A DNA stretch of 29,035 nucleotides from Abditibacteriaceae bacterium (lineage in GTDB: Bacteria > Armatimonadota > Abditibacteriia > Abditibacteriales > Abditibacteriaceae), in NCBI GenBank assembly GCA_031425655.1, contig JANPJS010000177.1, positions 1 to 29,035 of the forward strand. The letters run 5' to 3'. The stretch's first letter is position 1, and the number at the start of each line of letters is the position of its first letter. Under the pieces are notes generated by a model. The model made no database searches and was not told the origin of the DNA. It saw nothing but the letters and a program-made list of their open reading frames with translations. The translations under genes were made by a program, and so were the position numbers. This document shows, one piece after another, positions 1 through 7,897 of the stretch.

Positions 1-27
1 CAAAAACGGGTGCCCTTTGGGCGGATC

Positions 28-63
28 AATCCGTGTAGGCGCAGCCTCCGTGTTCCATTAAAA
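28..63. repeat. Right arm of an inverted-repeat element related to the one at 26563-26684 (left arm not seen, near window edge)
   Basis: CTCCGTGTTCCATTAAAA (46-63) is identical to 26668-26685. It is preceded by TCCGTGT-AGGCGCAGC here versus TCCGCGT-AGCGAAG there. Confidence 0.6.
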
Positions 64-75
64 ATCTTAATTCTA

Positions 76-238
76 ACCCAAGTTGCTACTTATGGAGTGC
101 GGCGACTTGTCGCCGCTTTTAAGAGCCGACTTGTGGGCATAACCCGTCTGTTTTGGAGGTTTTACGCCGACAAGTCGGCTCGAAACGGCGCGAACAAGTT
201 CGCGCACTCCAAATTGCCGCATAGGTAGCAACTTGGGT
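76..238. mobile_element. MITE-like element with 8-bp target-site duplication, carrying nested REP-like doublets
   Basis: Terminal IRs ACCCAAGTTGCTACTTATG (76-94) / CATAGGTAGCAACTTGGGT (220-238), 18/19 match. Flanking direct repeat TAATTCTA at 68-75 and 239-246. Inner inverted pairs at 93-119/183-211 and 123-142/162-181. Confidence 0.8.
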
Positions 239-263
239 TAATTCTATACATTTAGGTGTTCTT

Positions 264-2273
264 ATGGACAACACGATTTCTCCGCCGGCCCAAACAGAAC
301 AAGGCCCGTTGCCGCTGCTTGTCGGCATCACCGGGCACCGCGATTTGCGCTCGCAAGATGTCGCGGGCCTCGAAGAAGGCGTGCGCGGCGTGCTGCGCGA
401 GTTGCGAGCGCGCTACCCTTACACGCCGCTCATGATATTGTCGCCGTTGGGCGAAGGCGCCGACCGATTAGTGGCGCGCGTGGGACTTTCCGAAGGCGCA
501 CGGCTGTGCGTGCCGCTGCCGATGTCGCAATCGTGCTATGAAGACGAATTTGAAAACGATGCCTCGCGCGCCGAATTCGCGGCGCTTTTGGCGCAAGCCG
601 CGCAGGTTTTTACGCTGCCGTGGATGGATGGAAACACGCCGGAATGCTGCGAAGACTCCGGCCCGTCGGGGCCGCGATTGGCCGCGCAATACGCGCAAAT
701 GGGCGCTTACATCGCGCGCCACAGTCAGGTTTTTCTGGCGCTTTGGGATGGCGACGATTCGCAGCGACTCCTCGGCGGCACCGCGCAAACCGTGCGTTTT
801 CGCCTCGAAGGCGCGCCGCCACCGTTCGGGCCGTCGCAGAATCTTCTCGACGCCGCCGACAATGGCGCGGTGTATCATTTCGTCACGCCGCGCCAATCGC
901 ATCCTCTGCCTCAAGCCGAGCCGATTTCGCGTCACGATCTGCTGCCGGCGGGCTTCGATGTTGCGGCCCGCGACCGCGCTTTGGAGCGTTTCGATCAATT
1001 CAACCGCGATGCCCTGACCGAGCCGGCCAAAACCCAGCGCGACACCAGCATCGGCTGGCTGATTCCTGAAAAGGAACGAGAATCGGACGCTTTGCCGCTT
1101 CAAAATCTGCGCGAAGTTTTGCAAACCTACGGCTTGGCCGACGCGCTGGCGATTTATTTTCAACGCTGCATGACTAAGACTTTAGAGCGCGTTTTTAGCT
1201 TGGTTTTAGTCGCCGCGCTTTGCTTCAACTTGTTCCACTCGCTTCCGCACGGCGACCATGGCGCAGGGCATGGCACCGGTGCGCATGGCGAAGCGCATGG
1301 CGCGGCAACCCAGTCGGGCGATTCGCACGGCGCCAAAGCAAGCGATTCGCACGCAGTTCAATCACACGCGCCAGATTCGCACGCGCCGCCTGCCGCGAAG
1401 GACACGCACGCGAAGGACACGCACGCGGCACCTATCGCTGAAGCGGAAATCAGCGGCGGATGGAATTTGGCCTCAGTGCCGTGGTTTTTGTGGCTTTATT
1501 TGCTCTTCGTCGTGGTGAACGTGGCCTTGCACCGGCGAGCGGAGCGGCAAGAATTTCAAAACAAATATCAGGATTACCGGGCGTTGGCCGAAGGAATGCG
1601 CGTGCAGATATTCTGGCGTCTGGCGGCGTTGCGCGAAGAGGCGGCGGATCACTATTTGGGCAAGCAGCGCAGTGAACTGGACTGGATTCGCAACGCTCTG
1701 CGCACGATTCACGTTCTGGCCACGCGGGAAACGGAAGACGGGCAGGGCAGCAAGCGCCTGGAGCATCTCGCCTTTGTGCGCCGCCAATGGGTTCAGGAGC
1801 AGAAGAATTACTTCGTCCGCAAAACGCACCGCGAACTCGAAGAATTGGAACGCTGCGAAAAGCAAATCAACACGCTTTTGGCGCTTAGCGTGGGTTTGAG
1901 CATTGCTTTGGCGCTTGTGCTGGCTTTGCCTATTTTTGTGCCGTGGGCGCCGCTGCAAAACATCAAATCCCTGATCGAACTGCCGTTACCGCACGCCGTC
2001 GTGATGATTTTTATCGTGATGCTGGCCGTGAGCGCCGGTCTGCTGCACGGCTACAATCAACAGACGGCGCGTTCCGAACACGCCAAGCGCTACGGGCGCA
2101 TGGCGCAGCTTTTCGACAACGCCGATATGCACCTTGAACGCTTTTTAGCAGCGAATCAAATGGATCGCATTGAGGAACTGCTGCGCGAATTGGGCAAAGA
2201 AGCCTTAGCCGAAAACGGCGATTGGGTTCTCTTGCACCGCGAACGCCCGCTTCAAGTGCCTCACGCCGGGTAG
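264..2273 (+). CDS. SLOG (YspA/DUF1273-like) nucleotide-binding domain fused to two 2-TM SLATT/DUF4231-like modules, with a His-rich loop
   Basis: 669-aa ORF. N-terminal VGITGHR...SPLGEGAD...ALWDG...GGTAQTV motifs are typical of SLOG domains. Two pairs of hydrophobic helices are followed by YRALAE and ENGDW motifs. Confidence 0.7.
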   Translation: MDNTISPPAQTEQGPLPLLVGITGHRDLRSQDVAGLEEGVRGVLRELRARYPYTPLMILSPLGEGADRLVARVGLSEGARLCVPLPMSQSCYEDEFENDASRAEFAALLAQAAQVFTLPWMDGNTPECCEDSGPSGPRLAAQYAQMGAYIARHSQVFLALWDGDDSQRLLGGTAQTVRFRLEGAPPPFGPSQNLLDAADNGAVYHFVTPRQSHPLPQAEPISRHDLLPAGFDVAARDRALERFDQFNRDALTEPAKTQRDTSIGWLIPEKERESDALPLQNLREVLQTYGLADALAIYFQRCMTKTLERVFSLVLVAALCFNLFHSLPHGDHGAGHGTGAHGEAHGAATQSGDSHGAKASDSHAVQSHAPDSHAPPAAKDTHAKDTHAAPIAEAEISGGWNLASVPWFLWLYLLFVVVNVALHRRAERQEFQNKYQDYRALAEGMRVQIFWRLAALREEAADHYLGKQRSELDWIRNALRTIHVLATRETEDGQGSKRLEHLAFVRRQWVQEQKNYFVRKTHRELEELERCEKQINTLLALSVGLSIALALVLALPIFVPWAPLQNIKSLIELPLPHAVVMIFIVMLAVSAGLLHGYNQQTARSEHAKRYGRMAQLFDNADMHLERFLAANQMDRIEELLRELGKEALAENGDWVLLHRERPLQVPHAG

Positions 2274-2323
2274 AGTTTTAGTGGCCGCGAGAGGTGGATG
2301 GAAGCGGAAAAACATAGAGTTTG

Positions 2324-2510
2324 AGCGGGGCTGACGCCTAATGGCATTAAGGTAAGCGATGGGAAAACATAGCTTCCCTCCCACCGGGAGGGATTGAGGG
2401 AGGGCAAGACGGCGGCAAAGCCGCCGTCAACCCCCACCTAACCTCCCCCGTAGGGGAGGAACTGCGCCACTGAACGCCTTAACTTAATGCCATTGGGCGG
2501 TAGCCCCGCT
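2324..2510. mobile_element. Nested palindromic element: IS4-like terminal repeats around a REP-like doublet, inside outer inverted arms
   Basis: TAATGGCATTAAGGTAAG (2339-2356) / CTTAACTTAATGCCATTG (2478-2495), 16/18. Outer arms 2324-2338 / 2496-2510, 13/15. Inner CCCTCCC..GGGAGGG units at 2374-2405 and 2431-2461, with hairpin 2408-2428. Lies between convergent genes. Confidence 0.7.
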
Positions 2511-2548
2511 TTGAGGCTGCAAGGTGCGACTGCTTGTCCCATGTCCTC

Positions 2549-4834
2549 TTATCGAAAGGGAATATTGGGAATTGGGATAGCATTGCGGATTTTCGATTTG
2601 ACCTCGCTGGCCGGGTCCATCCAACGTGTCACTGCGCTGGGCAGAAAATCCACCAGCCGGGTGCGCAACCCGACATGGCCTAAGAGGCGCATCGCGCGCG
2701 ATAGGTCGGGAGAGATTTCGGTTCCGTCGGCTTCGTAGCCTTTGGCGGCGTTCTCCTGAGCTTGTTTATCGCCGCCGGCTTTTTGCGATTCCTGACGATG
2801 CAGCGCAGCTAATGCGAGATTCGCCGCGGCCACTTCGTCTTTGTCGCTGGCCGCGCCGCGATTGGCGTTGGCCAGTTCATACTGGCGCATCGCGCTGTCG
2901 CTGTCGCCCAGCAGGTGATAGCAAAACGCCAGTTCCAGATGCGCTTCGTAAAAATCCGGGCGCAGTTTCAGGGCGTCCTTCTGCGCGGTGATGGCGCGCT
3001 GCAATTCGGGCTTGCGCGCTTCTTCGTCCTTCAAAATCGCGTAAATGCGACGGCCATAACCTAATCCGTTATGATTGGCGGCATCACCCGGAGCCAGCAA
3101 AACCGCCATTCCAAACTCCATTTGTGCTTCGTTTTGGCGGTCGCCTCCGTTATCGGCTGCGATTAAGGCGAAACCGCGCGCTAAGTGTGCTTCGGCGGAT
3201 TTTTTGTCCAATTTTAGCGCCTGATCCGCCGCATTCAGCGCCAGTGTCGCGTTGGCGTCAACCGGGGATTTCGCCGGAGTTTTCGGCTTCTTTTTCTTAA
3301 ATAATCCGCCTAAACCGCCGCTCTTTTTCGGCTCCTCGGACGCGGCTTCAGGCGCCTCCTCGGACGCGGCGTTGTTTTCGACCAAAGCGGTGTAAGCGCG
3401 CGACAGCAAACTGTAACTGTGTGCGCTGGGCACTTGAGCGACCAATTCGGCTAAAGTGGCGGCGGCCTCGCTTTTCGCGCCACGCAGCCGCTGCAAATTC
3501 GCCAGACGCTCCGCAGCCGGCGCGAACTTTGGAGCCGCTTCGCGCACCATGTTGTAGCCCGCCATCGCAATTTCCCAATCGCCGTGCGCTTCGGCGCTTA
3601 TCGCGCGCTGATAAGTTTCTGCACTTGGCGCGTCCAACTGCGGCCCGGCGTTTTGTCCGCCCGGCTTCAAGCGCAGCGCGAACTGCACCTGATAGCCGCC
3701 CAACGACTTTATCGTGCGCTCCTCGGTTTCGTAGCCCGGCGCTTCGACGCGCACGCGGCATTCGCCGTCGGGCAGATTGCCGTTCACCGGCGAGGCGCCG
3801 ATTAATTTGCCGTTGATACTAACCTGTGCGCCTTCGGGAATCGTCGTGACGAGGAGTTTGGGCGTGTCCAAATCAACCGGCGTTTGCCCGACCTGGCGTT
3901 TGACTTTCATCAGCATGACGGGCTGTAAATCAGCGGTTAGCGGCGGCGCGACTAAAGAAACGACTTCGGGCGTTTGGGTGACGATTTCGTCCTCGTCGTC
4001 GGCGGTAGAGAGTTTCGCGCCACGCGCTGCGCCGAATGTTTTGCCGGCCCACTCGCCGACTTTTTGGCGCGTATAAGTGGCCAAGCGATTCATATAAACC
4101 GCGCCGTCGGCTTGTTCGGGCACCGGCCCGGCCCGCAAGCCTTCCAAAACCCAGTAAGTGAAAATGCCGTGCTTGAGATTGGCGTCTTCGTAAGCGCGCT
4201 GGCCAATCGAGCAAGCATAAAAGGTGACAACCGAGGCCGGTTTCTGATTATTTTGCGGCGTGATTTGCAGACCGCGACCTAAAACGTCGCTCATCTGGTT
4301 GGGTTTAAGACCGCGCCCCGGCGTCGGGTCTTCGCGGCAGGCATCCACGAACAAAATGAATTCTGCAGCCGGAAGTTGGCCTAATTTATCGGAAAATTCA
4401 CGGAGCGACAGCGCCGAATCGCTCAGCGCTTGCGAAGTCAGGCCGCTTACGTCGGTCGTGAGAAAATAGCCTTTGGCATCCGCGCCGACGCCTTTGGTGA
4501 CGCCGTGCCCCGCCAAAAAAATAATCACGCGGTCGCCGGGCTTGACGTTGGCTTTGAGCAATTCGTCGAAGGCGCTTGATATGCCGTCGCGGGTCGCTGC
4601 TTCGTCGGTCAGCAGCCGAACGTGATCTTTGGGCACCGCGCCGATTTGCGTGTCCGTCAAAGCGTCCCGAAAACTGGTGGCATCGGCGGCGGGAAAGCGC
4701 AGCGATGAAATAAGCTGCTCGTTTTGATACTTGCCGACACCGACCAGCAACGCCCAAGTCTCCGCCGCGCGAACACTTTGCGCGGCGCCCAATAACCCAA
4801 CAGCGAGGAAAAACCTAACGATTTTGGTTGTCAT
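2549..4834 (-). CDS. Secreted caspase-family (peptidase C14) protein with PEGA domain and TPRs
   Basis: Signal peptide (..AQSVRA), WALLVGVGKY, catalytic dyad FLAGHG / FVDACR, HGIFTYWVLEGL. PEGA-like VTTIPEGAQVSINGK..G segment. C-terminal helical TPR-like repeats. Confidence 0.9.
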   Translation of the reverse strand: MTTKIVRFFLAVGLLGAAQSVRAAETWALLVGVGKYQNEQLISSLRFPAADATSFRDALTDTQIGAVPKDHVRLLTDEAATRDGISSAFDELLKANVKPGDRVIIFLAGHGVTKGVGADAKGYFLTTDVSGLTSQALSDSALSLREFSDKLGQLPAAEFILFVDACREDPTPGRGLKPNQMSDVLGRGLQITPQNNQKPASVVTFYACSIGQRAYEDANLKHGIFTYWVLEGLRAGPVPEQADGAVYMNRLATYTRQKVGEWAGKTFGAARGAKLSTADDEDEIVTQTPEVVSLVAPPLTADLQPVMLMKVKRQVGQTPVDLDTPKLLVTTIPEGAQVSINGKLIGASPVNGNLPDGECRVRVEAPGYETEERTIKSLGGYQVQFALRLKPGGQNAGPQLDAPSAETYQRAISAEAHGDWEIAMAGYNMVREAAPKFAPAAERLANLQRLRGAKSEAAATLAELVAQVPSAHSYSLLSRAYTALVENNAASEEAPEAASEEPKKSGGLGGLFKKKKPKTPAKSPVDANATLALNAADQALKLDKKSAEAHLARGFALIAADNGGDRQNEAQMEFGMAVLLAPGDAANHNGLGYGRRIYAILKDEEARKPELQRAITAQKDALKLRPDFYEAHLELAFCYHLLGDSDSAMRQYELANANRGAASDKDEVAAANLALAALHRQESQKAGGDKQAQENAAKGYEADGTEISPDLSRAMRLLGHVGLRTRLVDFLPSAVTRWMDPASEVKSKIRNAIPIPNIPFR

Positions 4835-5038
4835 AATAAGTTGCAGTATAAGCCGTTCTTCGAACCCTGCGATTAAGAATAAACGCCCGCGAAATCGCTG
4901 TATACAGCACGACTGTTAGCGTGTTTCAGTTTGAGGTTACGATTATTCGGAAATGCTGAATTTTTCACTCACCTTACGCGGTGGGGTTATGATAGGCGCA
5001 GCCATTAGCCTGCGAATCACGGGAAGGCAAAGGAGTTG

Positions 5039-5202
5039 TGTCATTCTGAGAGGGTGTAAACAAAGTCTAAAAAGGTGTCATTTCGACCGAAGCGAGGCAC
5101 GAGCGCAGTGGAGAAATCTTGTCATCGCCTCGAAAAAAGATGTCTCGACTTCGCTCGACATGACACTCATTCAGACTTTGTTTACACCCTCTCAGAATGA
5201 CA
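5039..5202. mobile_element. Nested palindromic element: perfect 30-bp IR (REP arm plus IS1182-like end) around a TGTCAT..ATGACA REP-like doublet
   Basis: TGTCATTCTGAGAGGGTGTAAACAAAGTCT (5039-5068) is the exact reverse complement of 5173-5202. Inner GTGTCATTTCGACCGAAG...CTTCGCTCGACATGACAC spans 5075-5166. Confidence 0.8.
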
Positions 5203-5310
5203 GCGCTTCTTGAATTTGCCTGCCTAACACACTCCACTGCGTAAGGCGAATTTCAATTTAATAGTTGCTCTGTCGCTGCGCGCGGCGTTGATGCAGGTGA
5301 TGAGATTTCG

Positions 5311-5640
5311 ATGGTAAAATTAGGTGAGATGACTATTGATGAAGTTACTCAAAAGATTGAAAAGGAAATAAACGGTCAGTGGTTGCTCTCCAACGCTCAT
5401 GGTGTTGATTTGCGTCGGTGCCTTGTCAATCCCATTAAGAAAACATACCAAGACATAGCAAGCGACGATTCGATAGAACTTTGGCTCATTCTTGAGGAAA
5501 ATCCAGAAACTCACTCTGGTTACAAAATTGTCATGGACGAAGAAACCGGAGATTTTGGATTAGCAATCATAAGCGACAAAAACGAAGATATTTTTATTGG
5601 ATTCTACGGCACCTTCCTCGAAACATTAGAAGCTATGTAA
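5311..5640 (+). CDS. Small acidic hypothetical protein (accessory, AT-richer than neighbours); alternative start at 5329
   Basis: 109-aa ORF in an otherwise empty gap, protein-like composition, followed by a bidirectional terminator. AGGTGAG precedes the ATG at 5329. Confidence 0.75.
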   Translation: MVKLGEMTIDEVTQKIEKEINGQWLLSNAHGVDLRRCLVNPIKKTYQDIASDDSIELWLILEENPETHSGYKIVMDEETGDFGLAIISDKNEDIFIGFYGTFLETLEAM

Positions 5641-5715
5641 CCACACGACGAGAGAACATGAACGTCAGTGCGGCGATTCAAGCATCTCAAAGCGGATTCT
5701 ACTTAACAAAGACAC

Positions 5716-5751
5716 AAAAAGCGCCGCTTCGATGAAGAAGCGGCGCTTTTT
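5716..5751. terminator. Bidirectional intrinsic terminator
   Basis: AAAAA-GCGCCGCTTC-gatgaa-GAAGCGGCGC-TTTTT between convergent genes. Confidence 0.9.
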
Positions 5752-5762
5752 GGTGTCTGGCT

Positions 5763-6263
5763 TTAAAATGACGGGTTGTAATAGCCCATTTCGCGGAGGC
5801 CACGCTCTGCACGCTCGGCGTCGGGCGTGTTGGGCGAAAGGGCGATAACCCATTTAAAGGCGCTGCACGCTTCGATTTTGTTACCGAGTTTTTGATAGCC
5901 GGCGCCCATCCAAGTGTAAGCGCGCGAGTAAGTCGGGTAGGCGTCGTTGGCGATTTTGCATAAGGCGACAGTGCTGTTGTAATCGCCGCGCTCGAAGGCT
6001 GATGCGGCTTGCTTCACCAGTTCAACGGCGCGCTGGCGCGATTGCTCCCGATAGTCATCGCCACTGATCGTGGTGCTGGGGCGCGGAACCACGCGCGGCG
6101 CGACTTTCTTTGGCGCTTTGCGCGGCGCGGCTTTGCGCGGTGCGACTTTGCGTTTGATGACGACGCGACGTTTGGTGCGCGCCTCCGCTGTCGGAGCGTC
6201 GAAAACGGCACTGCTTAAAATCACGGTAAAAACCGCACAGCGAATAAAACGAGGCCAAATCAT
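5763..6263 (-). CDS. Exported TPR protein with Lys/Arg-rich low-complexity N-terminal region
   Basis: Signal peptide (..APTAEA), APRK-like repeats, and TPR-like helices (AYTWMGAGYQKLGNKIEACSAFKWVIALSP). Confidence 0.85.
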   Translation of the reverse strand: MIWPRFIRCAVFTVILSSAVFDAPTAEARTKRRVVIKRKVAPRKAAPRKAPKKVAPRVVPRPSTTISGDDYREQSRQRAVELVKQAASAFERGDYNSTVALCKIANDAYPTYSRAYTWMGAGYQKLGNKIEACSAFKWVIALSPNTPDAERAERGLREMGYYNPSF

Positions 6264-6283
6264 GCTTGCAAATCTCCGGTTAT

Positions 6284-7897
6284 TTATGGTGGCAGTGGCG
6301 CTTCTCCGCCGCCGCGCTGCGTTTGGTGCGCCGGTTGAGGACGCGATATTCGCACGATTGTTTTGCGCGGCATCGCTCTTTTCGGCTGCGGGCGCCGCAC
6401 AAATCGAGGCTTAGCACGCTTTACCTGCGGTGCAACACGCCGCGCGACGGGACGCCGCGCTGGTTTGAGCACCTTTTTCGCCGTTCTGACACGCTTCGTT
6501 TTGATTGGAGATTTCGCAATTGGCTGAGGCTGCGCTGACACGACCGGCTTCGCACTTGGTTTGGCCGCGATTCCGCGCGGCGCGGCTGTGACGGTTGGTT
6601 TTGGTGCCGGCGTTGCTTCCATCGGCGATATAACCGCTTTTGTCGGTTGCGGCGCGATTATCGGTGTGCGGTTTTCAATTGGCGGTTGGCGAAGAGACCA
6701 GACCGCGAAAGCGCCGATTAATAATCCTGCGAAACCTGCGAGCAGGGATGTGGGGCGCGTCACGGCGCGCACAATCGCGGCAGGAATTGGGGCTTCGAAG
6801 GCGGCGGTGATTTGTCTTCTTTCGCCCGAATGCGTGCGGCGATTGGAAGCGTTGTTCAGCGTTGAGGCCTTGCTCGGCGCGCTCATTCCAGCGATAGTGC
6901 CGCGCCGCCGCGCTTCGCTGAGCGGGCCGTTGACCGGCTCGGATTCCTCAATGGGCACTGCCTCCAAAGCTTGCAGAAAAGCGGCGCACGAGGCATAACG
7001 CTCGTCGGGATTTTTCGCCAGAGCTTTATGAATCGCGTTGCAGACGCCAATCGGCACATCGTCGCGGCAGTGTTCGAGCGACATCGGCGGCTCGTTCATC
7101 TGCTTCATCAAGACGGAAATGCGACTGACGCCGTCGCCGGCTGTAAACGGCGGATGGCCGCACAGCATTTCATAAGCGACGATACCAAGCGAATACACGT
7201 CGGTGCGCTGATCTACCGCCGCGCCGCTGCCCGATTGCTCCGGCGACATATATTCCGGCGTGCCGACGATCATGCCGCTGCGCGTTAAGCGCGTGTGGCC
7301 GTTGTCCTCGCCGGCGCGCGAAATGCCGAAATCTACGACTCTGGAATGCCAGCCCTTGTCGGTGCTTTGCAGCAAAATGTTGGCGGGTTTCACATCGCGG
7401 TGAACCACGCCATTCGCGTGCGCATAATCGAGGGCGCTGCCGATTTGCCGCAGAATCGTCAAGGCGTCGTCGAAAGACAACGGCCCGCGCGCGATTAAAG
7501 CCGCCAAATCGCTGCCGTCCACGAATTCCATCGCAAAATAATGCAAAATGGATTTTTCGTCGCTGACATTGTGAATGGCGACGATGTGCGGATGATGCAA
7601 TCCCGCCGCGGTGCGCGCTTCGGCTAACAAGCGATGCAAAAAGTCGGCTTCCGGCCCGCGCGAAGCTTGATAACGCGGGATTTTCAGCGCCTCGAAGCGA
7701 TGCAAGCCGGTGTGCCAGACTTTGTAAACCGCCGCCATGCCGCCGTCGCCGATATGTTCGCGGACTTCGTAAGGCCCGATGCGGCTGCCCTCTTCCAAAG
7801 GCGCGGCGATTTCGATTTGTCCGGCGGGACGCGGCGTGTGATTTGGGTCGAACGCCATTGTCGAGCCGTCATCGGGCGCATGAATAGAGTCGCTCAT
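6284..7897 (-). CDS. Hanks-type Ser/Thr protein kinase, single TM, Pro/Lys/Arg-rich C-terminal tail
   Basis: IGDGGMAAVY, ALK, HRDVKPAN, DFG, GTPEYMSPEQ, DVYSLG. TM segment LLAGFAGLLIGAFAVWSL. Confidence 0.95.
   Translation of the reverse strand: MSDSIHAPDDGSTMAFDPNHTPRPAGQIEIAAPLEEGSRIGPYEVREHIGDGGMAAVYKVWHTGLHRFEALKIPRYQASRGPEADFLHRLLAEARTAAGLHHPHIVAIHNVSDEKSILHYFAMEFVDGSDLAALIARGPLSFDDALTILRQIGSALDYAHANGVVHRDVKPANILLQSTDKGWHSRVVDFGISRAGEDNGHTRLTRSGMIVGTPEYMSPEQSGSGAAVDQRTDVYSLGIVAYEMLCGHPPFTAGDGVSRISVLMKQMNEPPMSLEHCRDDVPIGVCNAIHKALAKNPDERYASCAAFLQALEAVPIEESEPVNGPLSEARRRGTIAGMSAPSKASTLNNASNRRTHSGERRQITAAFEAPIPAAIVRAVTRPTSLLAGFAGLLIGAFAVWSLRQPPIENRTPIIAPQPTKAVISPMEATPAPKPTVTAAPRGIAAKPSAKPVVSAQPQPIAKSPIKTKRVRTAKKVLKPARRPVARRVAPQVKRAKPRFVRRPQPKRAMPRKTIVRISRPQPAHQTQRGGGEAPLPP

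Noticed and set aside
10..331. ORFs 10-228 and 119-331 (both contain LTQVATY)
   Set aside because: The shared peptide is just the MITE terminal IR read on both strands. The ORFs at 2487-2738, 4953-5213 and 20054-20347 likewise run through repeat elements.
468..1163. Long antisense/alternate-frame ORFs (also 12229-12936, 14508-15056, 22142-22612)
   Set aside because: Shadow ORFs of GC-rich genes, with no motifs and fully overlapping better-supported CDSs.
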